Part shown: positions 51,548 through 64,000 of the stretch, piece by piece
How positions within the stretch are numbered: position 1 is the first letter of the stretch
How the letters are laid out: each line of letters starts with the position of its first letter
Origin: Bugula neritina
Lineage: Eukaryota; Animalia; Bryozoa
Assembly: GCA_964035545.1 (NCBI GenBank)
Contig: OZ037771.1
Span: 8,983,408 to 9,047,407 of the forward strand
Reading direction: 5' to 3'
Length of the DNA: 64,000 nucleotides
Program-made: the position numbers and the translations under genes
The notes under the pieces: model-generated
Database searches by the model: none
What the model saw: the letters and a program-made list of their open reading frames with translations, nothing else
What the model was told of the DNA's origin: nothing

Positions 51548-54500
51548 TCAGAGATCACATAAGTCAATATCATCTGACCAATCAGAACCGCTATCACCTT
51601 TTTGTGCCGTCCCTGAAAATAAATGTTTAGAATAAAAACATCAAGTCTGAAAATTTTCACAGTAATATGCAAGCACCGCTTCGATCTGCCATGAAAACAT
51701 GATAGTATACAATACAGTCATATTTTTTTGGTTGTAAATCGTGAGAAAAATTACTCTTCTACCTTAGTTGAGCAGAGATCATGAATTAGTGAACCAGTAT
51801 TATGCCTAAAAAGTTGACAACTCTTTGTAGTCATGGACTGATGATCAAGTCAACAAAGTCAATAGTTAAGCAAGTCACTTCGTGGCTCAGACGAAGTAGT
51901 TAAATAAAAATGTCAAAAATAATTTAAATTAATGTGAATTGACTTGCAAATCATTAAATAAGTTATTGGCTGAGATGCTTAATTAAACATTTACAAAACT
52001 ATTGATAAAAAAACATATCCATGCCAGTGATTCCGCACCATCATTGGTGTAAATCCAAATACAGAAAATAAATCAGCCAGCTCAATCTCATCAGTATCTC
52101 TAATTAATATTGACAAGCAACAGTTTTCACAAGAACAGAACATGAAACTAGGCACTAAATCTGCTTGATAGTACTAGGGTTATTTTTCATAAAAGCATCA
52201 CTGAAATATAAAGATTGTATAATAAATAGGAAGTCACACGGGATGACCTATAGAACTTCAATTATTTGAATCCAAAAAAATGAAATATTTGTAGTTCCAA
52301 AATCGAGTCAATCAGATGAGCAAATACAATTAAGCCTATACCTTTAGCAAGTCAAAGAATTTCGACTATTAAAGTCAATACTAAATCAAATCAATGCAAC
52401 TTGGGCCAATCCTTGGCTATAACTTTTCAGGTGATAGACAGCTTTGAGTATACACAAAAAGATAGCACCTTCTTTTGTCCATCAAAGTTACTATTATTTC
52501 CAGATATAAAATAACGTTTCAACAACATTAAAACAAAAAAAATGCTCATTTTATTCTACATGCAACGGTTATACGCAGTATGTAGTTATGCAGAATGCTA
52601 ATAGTAATTTGAAGTTAACGACTGTATAGAATCAAACATACCAGTAACTGTAGTTAAAGAAACATTTTCTGATGTTACGCTTGAAGCTTTCTCGCCACTT
52701 GGTGCCAAAGAGCTACTTCCTGTACAAAAACAAACACAAATTTCTTATTTTAAGTTAAATAAGTACTAGAGAAGTATTTATAAAAAATCTTACTGCTCTG
52801 ACACGAGTGTGATAGCCAGATAGGTTTATCAGAGTGTGAATATGCATATTATTCAATAGTAAAATAGATATGAAAACTCACAATGGAAGGCATGTGGAAG
52901 CATTTGTAGACTGACCAACAGTTAGTAAAGTAATTATGTAGTATGAGTACTGAAAGAGCTCACCTTGTTTGCCACTGGCACTGAGTGTATTAGCTGCCGA
53001 CCCCTGACCCCACTGCCGTGAGCTGTATGTGTTGGTAGTCGTGTGAGCAGCAAGCTCAGCTTCTAGTGAATCCTCGTCTTCACTTTCAGCCGTCTGCAAG
53101 GATATGTATCCAATAATATGTTAGATTCAGGCAGTAAGTCTACAAGTGACAGTTACTAATACTACAGTTACTAGTACTACAGCTACTAATACTACAGTTA
53201 CTAGTACTACAGTTACTAATACTACAGTTACTAATACTACAGTTACTAATACTACAGCTACTAATATTACAGTTACTAGTACTACAGTTACTAATACTAC
53301 AGTTACTAGTACTACAGTTACTAATACTACAGTTACTAATACTACAGTTACTAATACTACAGTTACTAATACTACAGCTACTAATACTACAGTTACTAAT
53401 ACTACAGTTACTAATACTACAGTTACTAGTACTACAGTTACTAGTACTACAGTTACTAGTACTCGTTACAGCTACTAATACTCATTACAGTTACTAACTA
53501 TTGTGAAGCATATCTAGGAAGAGACTGCCTCAAAGTGGTGGGTGCATTCTTCAAATATGAGTTTATATATGTAAAGGAATTACGCTTGGGTGTAATTCCT
53601 TTTCAATAACATAAGTTTGATATATAACAATAATAACTTAGAATAATACAATACTATATAATAAAAAGAGATTGAAAAAAAACATAGCAATACCTTTCTA
53701 TAAGTTTAGCTTTAAGATTTATATACAATGTTGAGAGGTTTTAATTGTCCACCGTAATAATTTTAATTTTTTAAGTTTTACAAAACTAAATTTCTAGCCT
53801 TACCAGAACCATATAATATCAAATTTATTGTGCAGCCATACCGAATCAAGCTGTGAAGTTCAAGTGGAAACAGAGCCAAATGAAGTTTGAACATATTATA
53901 CTATATTATATTAGTTAACAGGTTTCTGAACCGCTCACCTGATTGGAGAGAGAAGTTACTTCTGTGGGTACAGTTAAAGTGTTTATTCCACCAGCCGGAG
54001 CTTTCCCTTTTCTTCCCTGTGATATCAAGTTATAATAAAATTAAATGTTTACAGACCAAACTGAGTTGAATTCTTTTTATGACAAGTCATCAAGTACTTC
54101 TCTCTGTTCTAATATAGTATAGTCTACTGCACACTTATGATCTCAATTTTCCAACAGGCAAACATAAGGTTTGTACACATTTTACAGCACACAATAATTT
54201 TTGCTGAACAGTAAATTTTCTTCTCAGTAGAGCATATAAAGTTTTCCTTTGTTCCATAACATGCTACAATGTATACATTGTGTCCAGAATTAGGAACCTG
54301 CCAACTATAATCATGTACTGCAGCCAAACTCACCATCAACTGAGATTCTATGAGAGCAGCTCTGTCTCTTATAGTCGAGTCAGTAGAAGCTCTGAGAATA
54401 GAAGCAGACGTGGCTCCATTTCCAATATCTTCCAGCTCACTCAGGTCATCTTCATCCCAGTCACTGCCCTCATCAGTTCCTGCTCTTGTATCCACCCCTG

Positions 54501-57500
54501 GCAGCTGGATGGGCCTCTGAGAGGGTTTAGTAGCAGACGGCGTAAACCCTCCCTGGTCAACTGAAACCAACACAGCTTGTTACAATAAAGCACTCTTTGA
54601 TATGTTATCCCCACTGCTGAGAATGGGTTTAGGCATATTAAAATTAGAAACACAGAACACAGTGTAGAATTGATTGGCTACTGAAAGAGATCATATTCGC
54701 TATACAAAAGTAATACAAAGTATTCTGCAGATCATACCATCATCTTCCACAGTATTCCAAACAGAGCTCTGCTTGCTGCCCTCTGACCCAGGCCCTGTGC
54801 TCCGTTTAGCTGGAGTCTCTGAAACTGGTGAAATAGGCGACTGCTTTACCAGAGAACTTGAAGGTTGCTGTTTCTGAACTGCTTGAGGTACAGGTTTGTA
54901 CTTTGGCAGAGATTCATCACTGCTACTGCTGCTTTCATCTAAGGCAAGAATATGACCAATTATTAATTATTGCAAAGAGTGACTTTTCAGATCATTGTAA
55001 GTACTTTAAGTTTAAACAGTCAGATTTACTTTTTAGGAAATGTAATAAAATTGTCCATGGTTGCTTATGACGTAATATTTTACAATTGCAGAGCATTTTT
55101 TTATTTGTGTCACTTTTACAAAAAATATGCTGGCATTCTAGAAAAGAAGACCATTTTTACAAAAGAATAAGTTTGATATTCTTACCATCAGTAGAGATCT
55201 CTAGAACTGGTTGATCTCTCTTTTCAGCAGAAGACCACTTACTACTTGTTGTACCCCAGGAGCTGCTTTCTACTGTAGCAGTAAGTGTGCTTGAAGTATT
55301 AGCCAACTTTTTCTGATCTTTTGGAGAAGGTCGGCCTATATATACACACACACATATATATACACACTGTGTATATGTATACAGTATATATACAATATAC
55401 ATATACTAGAAACCGTATTTTAGTATCACCCATAGTCCTGATTGGAAAACTTGAAGTAATACCCTGAAGAACAATATCCTAATATCTATTTAAACTACTG
55501 AGTGGTGTACAATTTACAAATTTGGTAATTACAAAAATATTGAAAATATTAGTATATTTTGGAACATTTATATTGCCCGGTCACATAATTGACCTAAAAT
55601 AAGTTTCATGCTACTTATATGTCTGGGAAGGATGCCTTGGTAGCTGCCACAGGCCAGAAACTGTGCACTATGTTGTAAATTATTTACACATGTGTGAACT
55701 ATCAATTACTAATACTTTTGCAATTACCAGTACCTTGTGATTGCTCAAGCTCGTTTCTAGCAAGGTCATCAACTTGTTTTATTAGGCGCACACGAGTCTC
55801 CCGAAAATCTTTATACTTTTTCTCCATTTTGTTTCGCTCTTTGGCCAGGTGCTGCTGCTTAGCAGAGAGTTGCGTAGCACTGATTCCTTCGTCATCCTGT
55901 TTATATTCGAGAAAGTAGGCTAAGCAAAGCAGGCTTTAGGTTAGCAGAGTTAGAGTTGTAAATAGTCATGATACTGGATGTCTTTGTTTTACTACCAACT
56001 ACTAGCGCATATACCAACACTTCCATACTAACTATACTCACAAATACAATTACCTTCTGTCGAAATGCATTCATATTTTCACAATGTTCAGTTAAAATTT
56101 CAATGTGGATCAGTTGAAAATTTTCACCATGTTGCTTTGCATTGTACATTATTTTCTTGTGATTAGAGTACTCATTACAGTAAAAAATGAGTAACCCTTT
56201 TAGATAGGTATTGACATTTACTTACTGCTTGATAAATTAGATTACTCTCTTAAAAATTGTTGAATAAAACTTCAACGATTCAAGCAAAAACTTCAAACTT
56301 CATATTCCTATTAGTTATAGATATTGTTACTGCCACTGTTACACAACTATTGTTACTGCCACTGTTACACAACTACTGTTACTGCCACTGTTACAGCTAC
56401 TATCACTTGAATACTTACTGGAGATACACCCCATCTCTGTAGTTCATTGTGGAAGACTTGCTGCAGTTGTAGTTTCATATCCTGCAGTAGCTTAGGATTG
56501 TGGGTAATAGCTTCCTCCAACTCTTTACTTTGAGCAGTTAAATCAAGAGTGCCCAGGGTACTACCATAAGTAAGTATAATGTAATCTACACACATGGCAT
56601 GCTAGAATATGTGTGAAACTGCAACAGTTGCTGTCGAGCATAAGATTTACTAAACTCACTAAAGGGTACAATTTGCCATTTACAGCCATGAGTTCAGTTA
56701 CCACAGATGTAATCTGCAGGTCCCACAGCTCATAGAGTATAGAAGGAAGAAGCACAGTCAATTAGTTACTAATATGTTAGACACATTACTTCCTGTCCTG
56801 CACTTATAGTAGCCATATTACTTAGTCAAGACTCACTAACTCAGCACTCACTAACTCCAGGCTGACTAACTCAGGAAATACTAACTAAAGACATATGATC
56901 TATCGATTTAAGGAACATACATTAGTCATTACAATGTATCATTTCTTCATCAATTTTTATCACTTATGATTCATCTGAAAGCTTTGCGAAAGCAGAGCAG
57001 ATAAGAGCAGGGAACTAATAACAGACCTCCATGACTGATTAGTGGAAGTCGCATCAACCAGTGTTGTATCATTGTCGTGAGAATCACTTTCTGTGTCTTC
57101 TTCACTAGAGAGTGTAGCAGGAGTAACTGGTGACTCTTTAGTCATAGGTATAACAGCAGCTTTCTCATTCACTGGGCTATCACACAGCCAGAATATTGTA
57201 AACTGTTTATAATTCATAACTTGTAAAAACACAGTTCTGAAACATCTGTATATAGACCTGGAATTTTATCACTTCTTTAAAAATGATACAAATCAATTTA
57301 TAACATAATGACTTGTTTAAAGTAGCTGATGTTTTCCTAAAAGTAAGATCTTAATAATTATGCATTTTAATGACCGCCAGGCAATTCCAGTCCTCCACTG
57401 CATATCATGAATTCAATTGCAAGTGTTTTGTCATCTAAAACTTTTTGTTTCCTTAGGAACTTAAAGTGAACTGAGTTTTACTTGAACTGAATATATTATT

Positions 57501-60500
57501 CTATACACTAATTATATTATTGTGTATACTGATTATATTATTGTGTATACTGATTATATTATCGTGTATACTGATTTTAGTGTAAAACATAAACTGACCT
57601 CTGCATCGCATCAACAACGTCTGCTTCGACTGCAAATGTCAAAGTCTTTTTCTTTTTCTCTGTTGGTTCAGTTGAAGTGTCAAGGAGTCCATTGCTCAGA
57701 GGTCTGTGTGAATCACTGGTGGTTGACCTTGAAAGTTCAGGTCTTCCATCAGTTGCCTGCAGCAAATTATAAATTACCAAATTTTTTGCAACTGAATCAC
57801 TGGCCAAAATGAAATGATGACATCTGAATAGTTGCAATTATTTTCTTACTGCTGACTCGCTGCCGTTTCTGTGGTCTGCTTGCTGATGCCTTTTCAATTC
57901 ATTTATCTCTCTTTGACGCTTCTTCAGCTCTTTTCGAGCCTTTTCAGAATAAGTATGAGAGAACGGCTCCTGATTGGCTGATGCTTCAACTTTGGCATTT
58001 TCTTGAGCAGCCAATTCATCCTGAATCAGTTGCTGTAGGGAGAGGAACACAGTAGAGTGAAGCTCGGAGTACAGCGTAGAATAAGAAGATATGCCTGATG
58101 AAATCAATTGCATTTTTTACTGAGAGTGGTGCCTAATCAAAATAACAAAAATATTTGTAGATCTTTATTCAGAACCTAAACATAATGTAGCCTAAGTGAA
58201 GCCAGAAGTAAGGCTGATGTAAATGTTTGAAAACAACAAACAAGCAGAAAATCATATCAAATGTTTAAAGATCAGGGCTCAATGCAATGCTTATAAAGTG
58301 AGAGTAAAGCTTTACACAAAGTATGATGTTTATTAAACAATAAGCATGCTAAACAGGAGCAGACAACCATAAAATATGAATACTGACAGGTATGTTGTCT
58401 CTCTGCAGCTTCAACTCCTCTTTCAGTCTCAGCAGCTCTTCTCTCTCGCGGTGCATGATCTCTCGCTCTACATCCAAGTCATCGTGTATGGCCTCACCTA
58501 GGTTGGATGGTCTGTTCAACTGTGCAGCCTCTAAGGCTTTCTACAAGACCACAGGCTAATAGAGACAAACAGAGACAAGGCTAGCAGATGCGGCATTATC
58601 AATATAAACATATTTTAAATCTAGTAATATATATACGCAACACAGTTTGATTGCTAACAAGTGTGCACGTCATACACAGAGTAGTGTAGTAATATGTTAC
58701 TTGAGTGGCAAGCTGCTTCTCTTGCATCTCCTTTAACTGCGTCAAAAGAATATCCTGAATCTTGTTTATTTCCTTTCTGTGTTGCAGCTCACTCTCCTCT
58801 CTCCATTCCTCCAGCTTCTTCTGGTGCAGAGCATCTCTTTCAGCCAATAGGGAGGTTTCCTAGACGTAGATACGGCATACATCATACACAACACGTATAC
58901 AGGTAAGTTTCCTGTTGGCAGATACAGCATGCATATGGCATATAGTATGGTCAGGAGCATAAAGTGGTAATAGCGCTGGTTCAAGGTATTTGTTATTTCA
59001 GTTAAAGTCATAAATTTTCAAGTAATTCTCTTCTAAAGTTATCTGCATAAAACAACATCATACATTAATAACTTGTTTGGTCCAAACTCCATCACAAATT
59101 TTATATTTGAATTTCTCAAAGCAGTATGTATAAACATATATAAGCACTATTTCGCAAGTGTATTCACTACAAGGCAGCATGACATCTAAACACACACCAT
59201 ACCTTCATGCTAGCTTCTGCCAGAGACTTTCTCTCCTGAGAGAGTTGTGACTCTGTGAAGATTAGCCTCTGCTTGATTTCCTCCAACTGCTCACAGATCT
59301 TCGGAGGAATCTGCGCCTCCTGTTGCTCCTCCTTCAGCTGCTGGTACGTCTGCCCGTGTCTCCGTATGCAGTGGTTCTGCAGGAAGGTGGAGTTCATGAA
59401 GGCTTTGGGGCAAAGAAGGCACTAGAAAAAACAAGCTAGCATAAACTCACGCAAGTTTATAGTCGCCATCCCTGTGAGAAACCCCTGATGGGAGAGGCTT
59501 TTTTGTTAAATTGAGCTAAGGACTTATTCCGATGGGGCACAGAAGACATTATAACTGGATGTTTTTCCTAACATCACCAATGGCCTTTGTCAAGACTCGA
59601 ACCCATAACTTTGCGCTTACTTGGTAAACGCTCTAACCCCTAGCCCATGGCTACTCCCTATAAGACAAGCAGGTACGACATCTCTTTAAATGTAGCCAGT
59701 GTATTCTCAGAGTTTAATATTATATCTCCTTGCAAGTAAAAACTATTTGGGTAAAGATACACAAAATTTGTTTTTCTGTAAACTGTACGAAGTTGATTCA
59801 CCTCTTTTCAATGTTAAGAGGAAGTCTAATGTTTAATCACAGTAGTGCATTGACTCATATACTGGAAATCAGACGAAGTTTTATATAAAAAACAACTATC
59901 TGGTAAAAATAGATTTTTTATAACATAATATGCTATGCAGTTGTTAGAACTATTTCTATTCCAGTATAAAAACTTGGAATGCACAGTTGCATTTGCACCC
60001 TAATTGCTAGACTTAGAAAGTGATTAATTAATGTTCCAAGTAAACCAAATGGGCACATCTTTTATCTCACTTTATAATGCAAAATAAATATTCCTCAAAT
60101 GCCAAGAATCTTGGTGATAACCATAACACATTATTTTATAAAACTGCAGCAAACTCATTTGCAGTCTATATGAACTTTCAAAACAACTGAAAATTATAAC
60201 ATGCTGTACTAAAGAGAAAGCGACAGGCTTGGAGCAAATACCTTGTGGAAGTTGTCAGCCCCTGCTTCTATCAAATGCTGCTGATCCATTATCAACTTCT
60301 TTCTTTTGTGTCCTTCTTTCTTTGTCTTCTCAAGTTGCTTTTCAATTATTCTAACCTTTTCTAGCAAATTTTCTTCATTCTAGTAGAAAAGAAACATGAA
60401 AATGTAGTTCCTTGTTGATTTGGTTAAACTCACAAACTGAAACTGGCTGATACTGACAGCATACAAGACATGTAAATACTAGTTTAGCGACAGTGTTGGT

Positions 60501-61592
60501 GTGATACAGTCTCAGGGTAGAATACACATGACGCTACATTAATTCTAGTAATCTATATATTCAGCTTCAATACTAATGCAGTGTGTCAAAAGGAAAATAA
60601 TAGTTACAATAAAACTAAAATAATTGACAATGACTGACTGTATCAACAAGTTATCAATAAAGCATCACCTTATGCTGTTCCTTCACTCGTCCCTCTAAGC
60701 TGACTATAGTATCAGAGAGGTATTCTTGCGAGTACTGTAACAGATGACTTAGTGTAATAATGACTGGTAAATAAATAGTAGCTACCAATCATATTAACAA
60801 ACAGGAAACAAACCACACCCTTTCATATTTGATTTACTAATTATGTTTTGTGTAGCATGAAACTGCCACTTTATAATTGATCAATGTAAATTATGATACT
60901 AACATGTATGTGTCACTACTCACTAGTAACACAAACATGATATTAAATAATACTTTGATGCTTACCAGCAAATATTCAATAGTGAGTTGTCCCATCCTGA
61001 AGAGTTTGACGAAATTAGGATCAATTAATCGCAAGTCCTACAAGTGGATAAAAACAAATTAGCCTTTTAGCTATAAACATACTTCTTATTAGGAAAATTA
61101 ACGTTTTACAAAAGAAAAAAAAAACAAATAGAGTGATGCTAAAGATGACTTAACTGTTAGTACTTTTGTAGTTTATGTACTTCATACAATAAATTAAAAT
61201 ATTTTGTAATACAAATCAAAAAAGCGAACATTACTATTTGCTATGTGTCGATTCAATTTAATTACCAGTTCCAGCTCAATGTTACAGAAAGCAATGTTGG
61301 TCAAATTCTCTTGTAGAGAACCAAAATCCAAATCCCGAGCTATCTGGTCCAAGTTCACAGAAGCTATAAAATAATAAGAGTTCCGATGAACAGCTTGGTC
61401 ATTTGAAGTTATTGCATACAAAAACACAAATATGCTCAAACAATAAAATGACTAATTTAAATATTTAGATGCATACAATGCACATATTAACCTAAATTTT
61501 TCAACACATCTGAGCTTACCTAGTTTTCTCCAGTCAACACGTTCAAAACGCCTTCGAAAAGCAAATGGTTTTACTTGTAGAGCTTCTTCCAT
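51548..61592 (-). CDS. DZIP1: Zinc finger protein DZIP1/DZIP1L (Iguana), cilium/centriole protein
   Basis: Exons 61592-61520, 61363-61266, 61037-60966, 60734-60669, 60379-60242, 59421-59203, 58859-58701, 58540-58388, 58032-57850, 57756-57599, 57176-57027, 56560-56419, 55896-55734, 55335-55186, 54938-54738, 54560-54334, 54016-53939, 53093-52964, 52719-52642, 51612-51548. Dzip-like_N (FRRRFERVDWRKLASVNLDQIARDLDFGSLQENLTNIAFCNIE...LFRMGQLTIEYLLYSQEYL), C2H2 finger CLLCPKAFMNSTFLQNHCIRRH, and coiled coils. Confidence 0.94.
53146..53490. repeat. 15-bp minisatellite
   Basis: Unit AGTTACTAATACTAC with SNP variants; intronic, about 50 nt from the DZIP1 acceptor at 53094. Confidence 0.95.
59443..59658 (-). 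mobile_element. tRNA-derived SINE, copy 3
   Basis: Minus strand GGGAGTAGCCATGGGCTAGGGGTTAGAGCG...GGTTCGAGTC (A/B boxes); homologous to the other two copies. Confidence 0.85.
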
Positions 61593-62456
61593 TACGGTTA
61601 TAAGCAGCTTTAAAAAAAAACATGCCAAATTTTAATATTAACAAAATCCTTCAATAATGAGATTGTTATTCTTGCACTAAAATAACTGTGTAGATAGCTA
61701 GTAATTAATAATAATAGCAACACTATACATGATAACACAAATTTATTATGCGACAAAATAATGCTAGTAAAACTAGAAGCTTAACAAAAGTTAGTCAAAA
61801 CTACATATTGTTGTAATTTTGTGCACTACTAATTAGGGTATTATTGTGTGCTGGTGTAGGAATTTCTGTAATAGTGTATATATCGAACAGGCAACTCCAA
61901 GTGTGTCCCCCTAGTAATCCATGTATACTAGAGGCAATGCATCTAGCCTAGTACAGCGTCTACTAACACTCGATCCTGGCTGGATAGTTCATGATACAAC
62001 TAGGACTAATTATCTAGTTGATTGACAGCACACTTGATAACCGCAGTTGGATAGCAATAGTGGATTAGTTAGATTGTGTTTCTGCTATTGGATAATTATG
62101 CAATGTTTGTCTTTGCGTGTAGTTGGGAACTTGTGTATTACTCATATAAATAAACTCTTTCATGCTCTAAGCCGGTAGCTTTACTTTAATTCTAATTCCC
62201 ACAAACTAGGTGAAGCACAAATTCAAACACTGGTAATTACTGCATATTCACCATGAGGTTATGTGAATAACCGAACCAGTTGATCGTTTAACAAAAGAAC
62301 TGTATTGTCAATTAATTACGCATGATTAAAAATTAAGTATAAAAGAGAAAAGAGTACAATCTGTAAAAACGTTACATAAAGTTAATCTAGTTTATTACTA
62401 CTACTTTCAAGACTGGCCAGGTACGCCGGAAGGTATTACTTATATATATATATATA

Positions 62457-62629
62457 TGTAGAGCGGATCCTGTTTGAATAAGATAAGGTTCCAGCGGTGT
62501 CATCGTGGAGAGTAACGGAGTACCGCATGGAAATGCGGCGTGACTTGCAGAGTTGTCGTCCTTGACCATAATCTAAAGAGTCATGTTTAGCAGAGGGCAG
62601 AGAGGGGTATACTTCACATAACCATTACA
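62457..62629 (-). mobile_element. 3' LTR of a Gypsy element (short, ~173 bp)
   Basis: TGTA...TACA termini on the minus strand, preceded by a purine-rich PPT (GCTGGAGGGGA, 62640-62630) and followed by (TA)n. Confidence 0.7.
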
Positions 62630-64000
62630 TCCCCTCCAGCAGAAAACCCACTTTCTGATAGTTCCAAAAAGTGTAGGGAAGTATCAGCAATGGAAGCAAA
62701 ACCATAAAAAAACACAAAATTATATAAAAAAAAGTACATGATGCACAATTATATTATAAGATATGGAAAGGTTTATAATAAGCAGCCGTTAACCAAAAGA
62801 GAAAGAAATGTCTACATAACAGCAAATAACGAGATAGCATTGGAAGTAAACGCATACCCGGAGTTGGGTTAGTGTGCATGAAGCTTCTATTTCAGATGGC
62901 TCACCGAGTCCTTCAGGAGTCCTTCGGGAGTATCGTATCCCATTCTTCTTGGCTGTGGCGGAGGAGCAGGCTCCGGAGTGCATCTCCCAACATGCGGTTG
63001 TTGCGCTCCATAATCCCATTACCTTGAGGATGTTATGGGGTGGTCCTCCTCTGATTCACCCCCCAGAGGCGACAGAGGTCACTCATTAGCCGAGACTAAA
63101 ACTAGGCACCTTGGTTCGAAAGTACCTGCTTAGGGAGGCCGAGATAGCAGAAAACATTCTGGTCGAGAATCTGGGCCACAGCTGGTGCTGACGCGTCTGG
63201 GATAGCCAGGGCGTCGGTCCACCAAGTGAAGTGGTCCTTGAGCACCAAGATCCAACTGTTGCCTTGGGATGTCAGGGGCATTGGGCCTACCAGATCAACA
63301 GTGACCACCTGCCATGGTCGACCAGCATACAGCCATCACCACCCCGAGTCACCTGGGGGTCGGCCATGTTTGCTAGCGTGGCAGATCTCACACTGCTTAC
63401 CTTTGAGCCGCACATCACGCCCCAACTTCGGCCAGTACCACCGGAGTTGTAACTTTGCAAACACCCGCTGGACCCCTGTGCAAGCCTGCTTGTGGGTATC
63501 CCAAATTAACTCCCAGCAGATGGCAAAGGGATAGACCACCTGCTCTCGCTCCGGGTGTCTGCCGCTGGCGACCAATGTGATGGTGAAAATCGCAGTATGA
63601 GGGCCCGAGCTATCCGAACAGGTGATAGCGCGATGGTGATGGTGAATGGTGAACATGAGGGATCGGGCTATCCCAACAAGTGATAGCCGAATCCCTCGGC
63701 CGCCCCACTTTCGACCTCAAGGGTCTGTGAGCAGGCCTCACTGTTGGAGAGTGTGTCAGCACCTACACCAGTTTCGCTAGCATGTTGCCAACTCCGCTTT
63801 GACCTGACGGGACCCCGCACGGCTCCTGTGTAGCTGAGTAGCCAACAGATAAGCCTCACCTTCACACCATGCATTTTCGACCGTCGCGACTCTTCTTGCC
63901 AGAAACTGGTGATGGAGCCCCAAGTCATTTGCAGACTGCACAAATGTGTCGAAGGTGTACCGCTCACAGTTAACGGGTGACAGCTCACTATGCGCAATTT
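62630..64000 (-). mobile_element. Internally deleted Ty3/Gypsy retrotransposon (gag C-terminus and integrase relic), continuing past the window
   Basis: Integrase zinc-binding region (LIWDTHKQ...WYWPKLGRDVR...CEIC) and rve core (VTVDLVGPMP...ILVLKDHFT...GLPKQVLSNQG); gag-like frame RYTFDTFVQSANDLGLHHQFLARRVATVENA..EGEAYL at about 63998-63780; stops and frameshifts. Confidence 0.88.

Noticed and set aside
53146-53478. (TTVTN)n ORF resembling a mucin or antifreeze protein
   Set aside because: 15-bp minisatellite antisense within a DZIP1 intron.

Overview
AT-rich, intron-rich eukaryotic DNA, most likely from an invertebrate animal (species not identifiable from the sequence). I reconstructed five spliced protein-coding genes by hand from GT-AG sites with consistent reading phases: the 3' part of a BTB/POZ gene with SLX4-like similarity (+, <1-4459), a GT31 beta-1,3-galactosyltransferase-like gene (+, 5610-9573), GCNA/ACRC SprT metalloprotease (-, 10109-32755), mitochondrial glutamyl-tRNA synthetase EARS2 (+, 38012-48549, head-to-head with GCNA) and DZIP1 (-, 51548-61592). 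One 15.7-kb GCNA intron (11410-27090) is a nest of mobile elements. It holds a Penelope 3' fragment with a degenerate hammerhead ribozyme, RTE LINE fragments, and a Harbinger transposase split by a 5.5-kb intron-containing pogo element. It also holds a Gypsy gag relic, a hAT-like MITE, and two copies of a cassette carrying a divergent histone H2A plus an unknown upstream ORF. Elsewhere there are a hAT-type foldback element with an 8-bp TSD (720-2711), three tRNA-derived SINEs, many intron-specific minisatellites next to splice sites, and an internally deleted Gypsy element whose 3' LTR lies upstream of DZIP1. Family assignments come from recalled motifs, not database searches.
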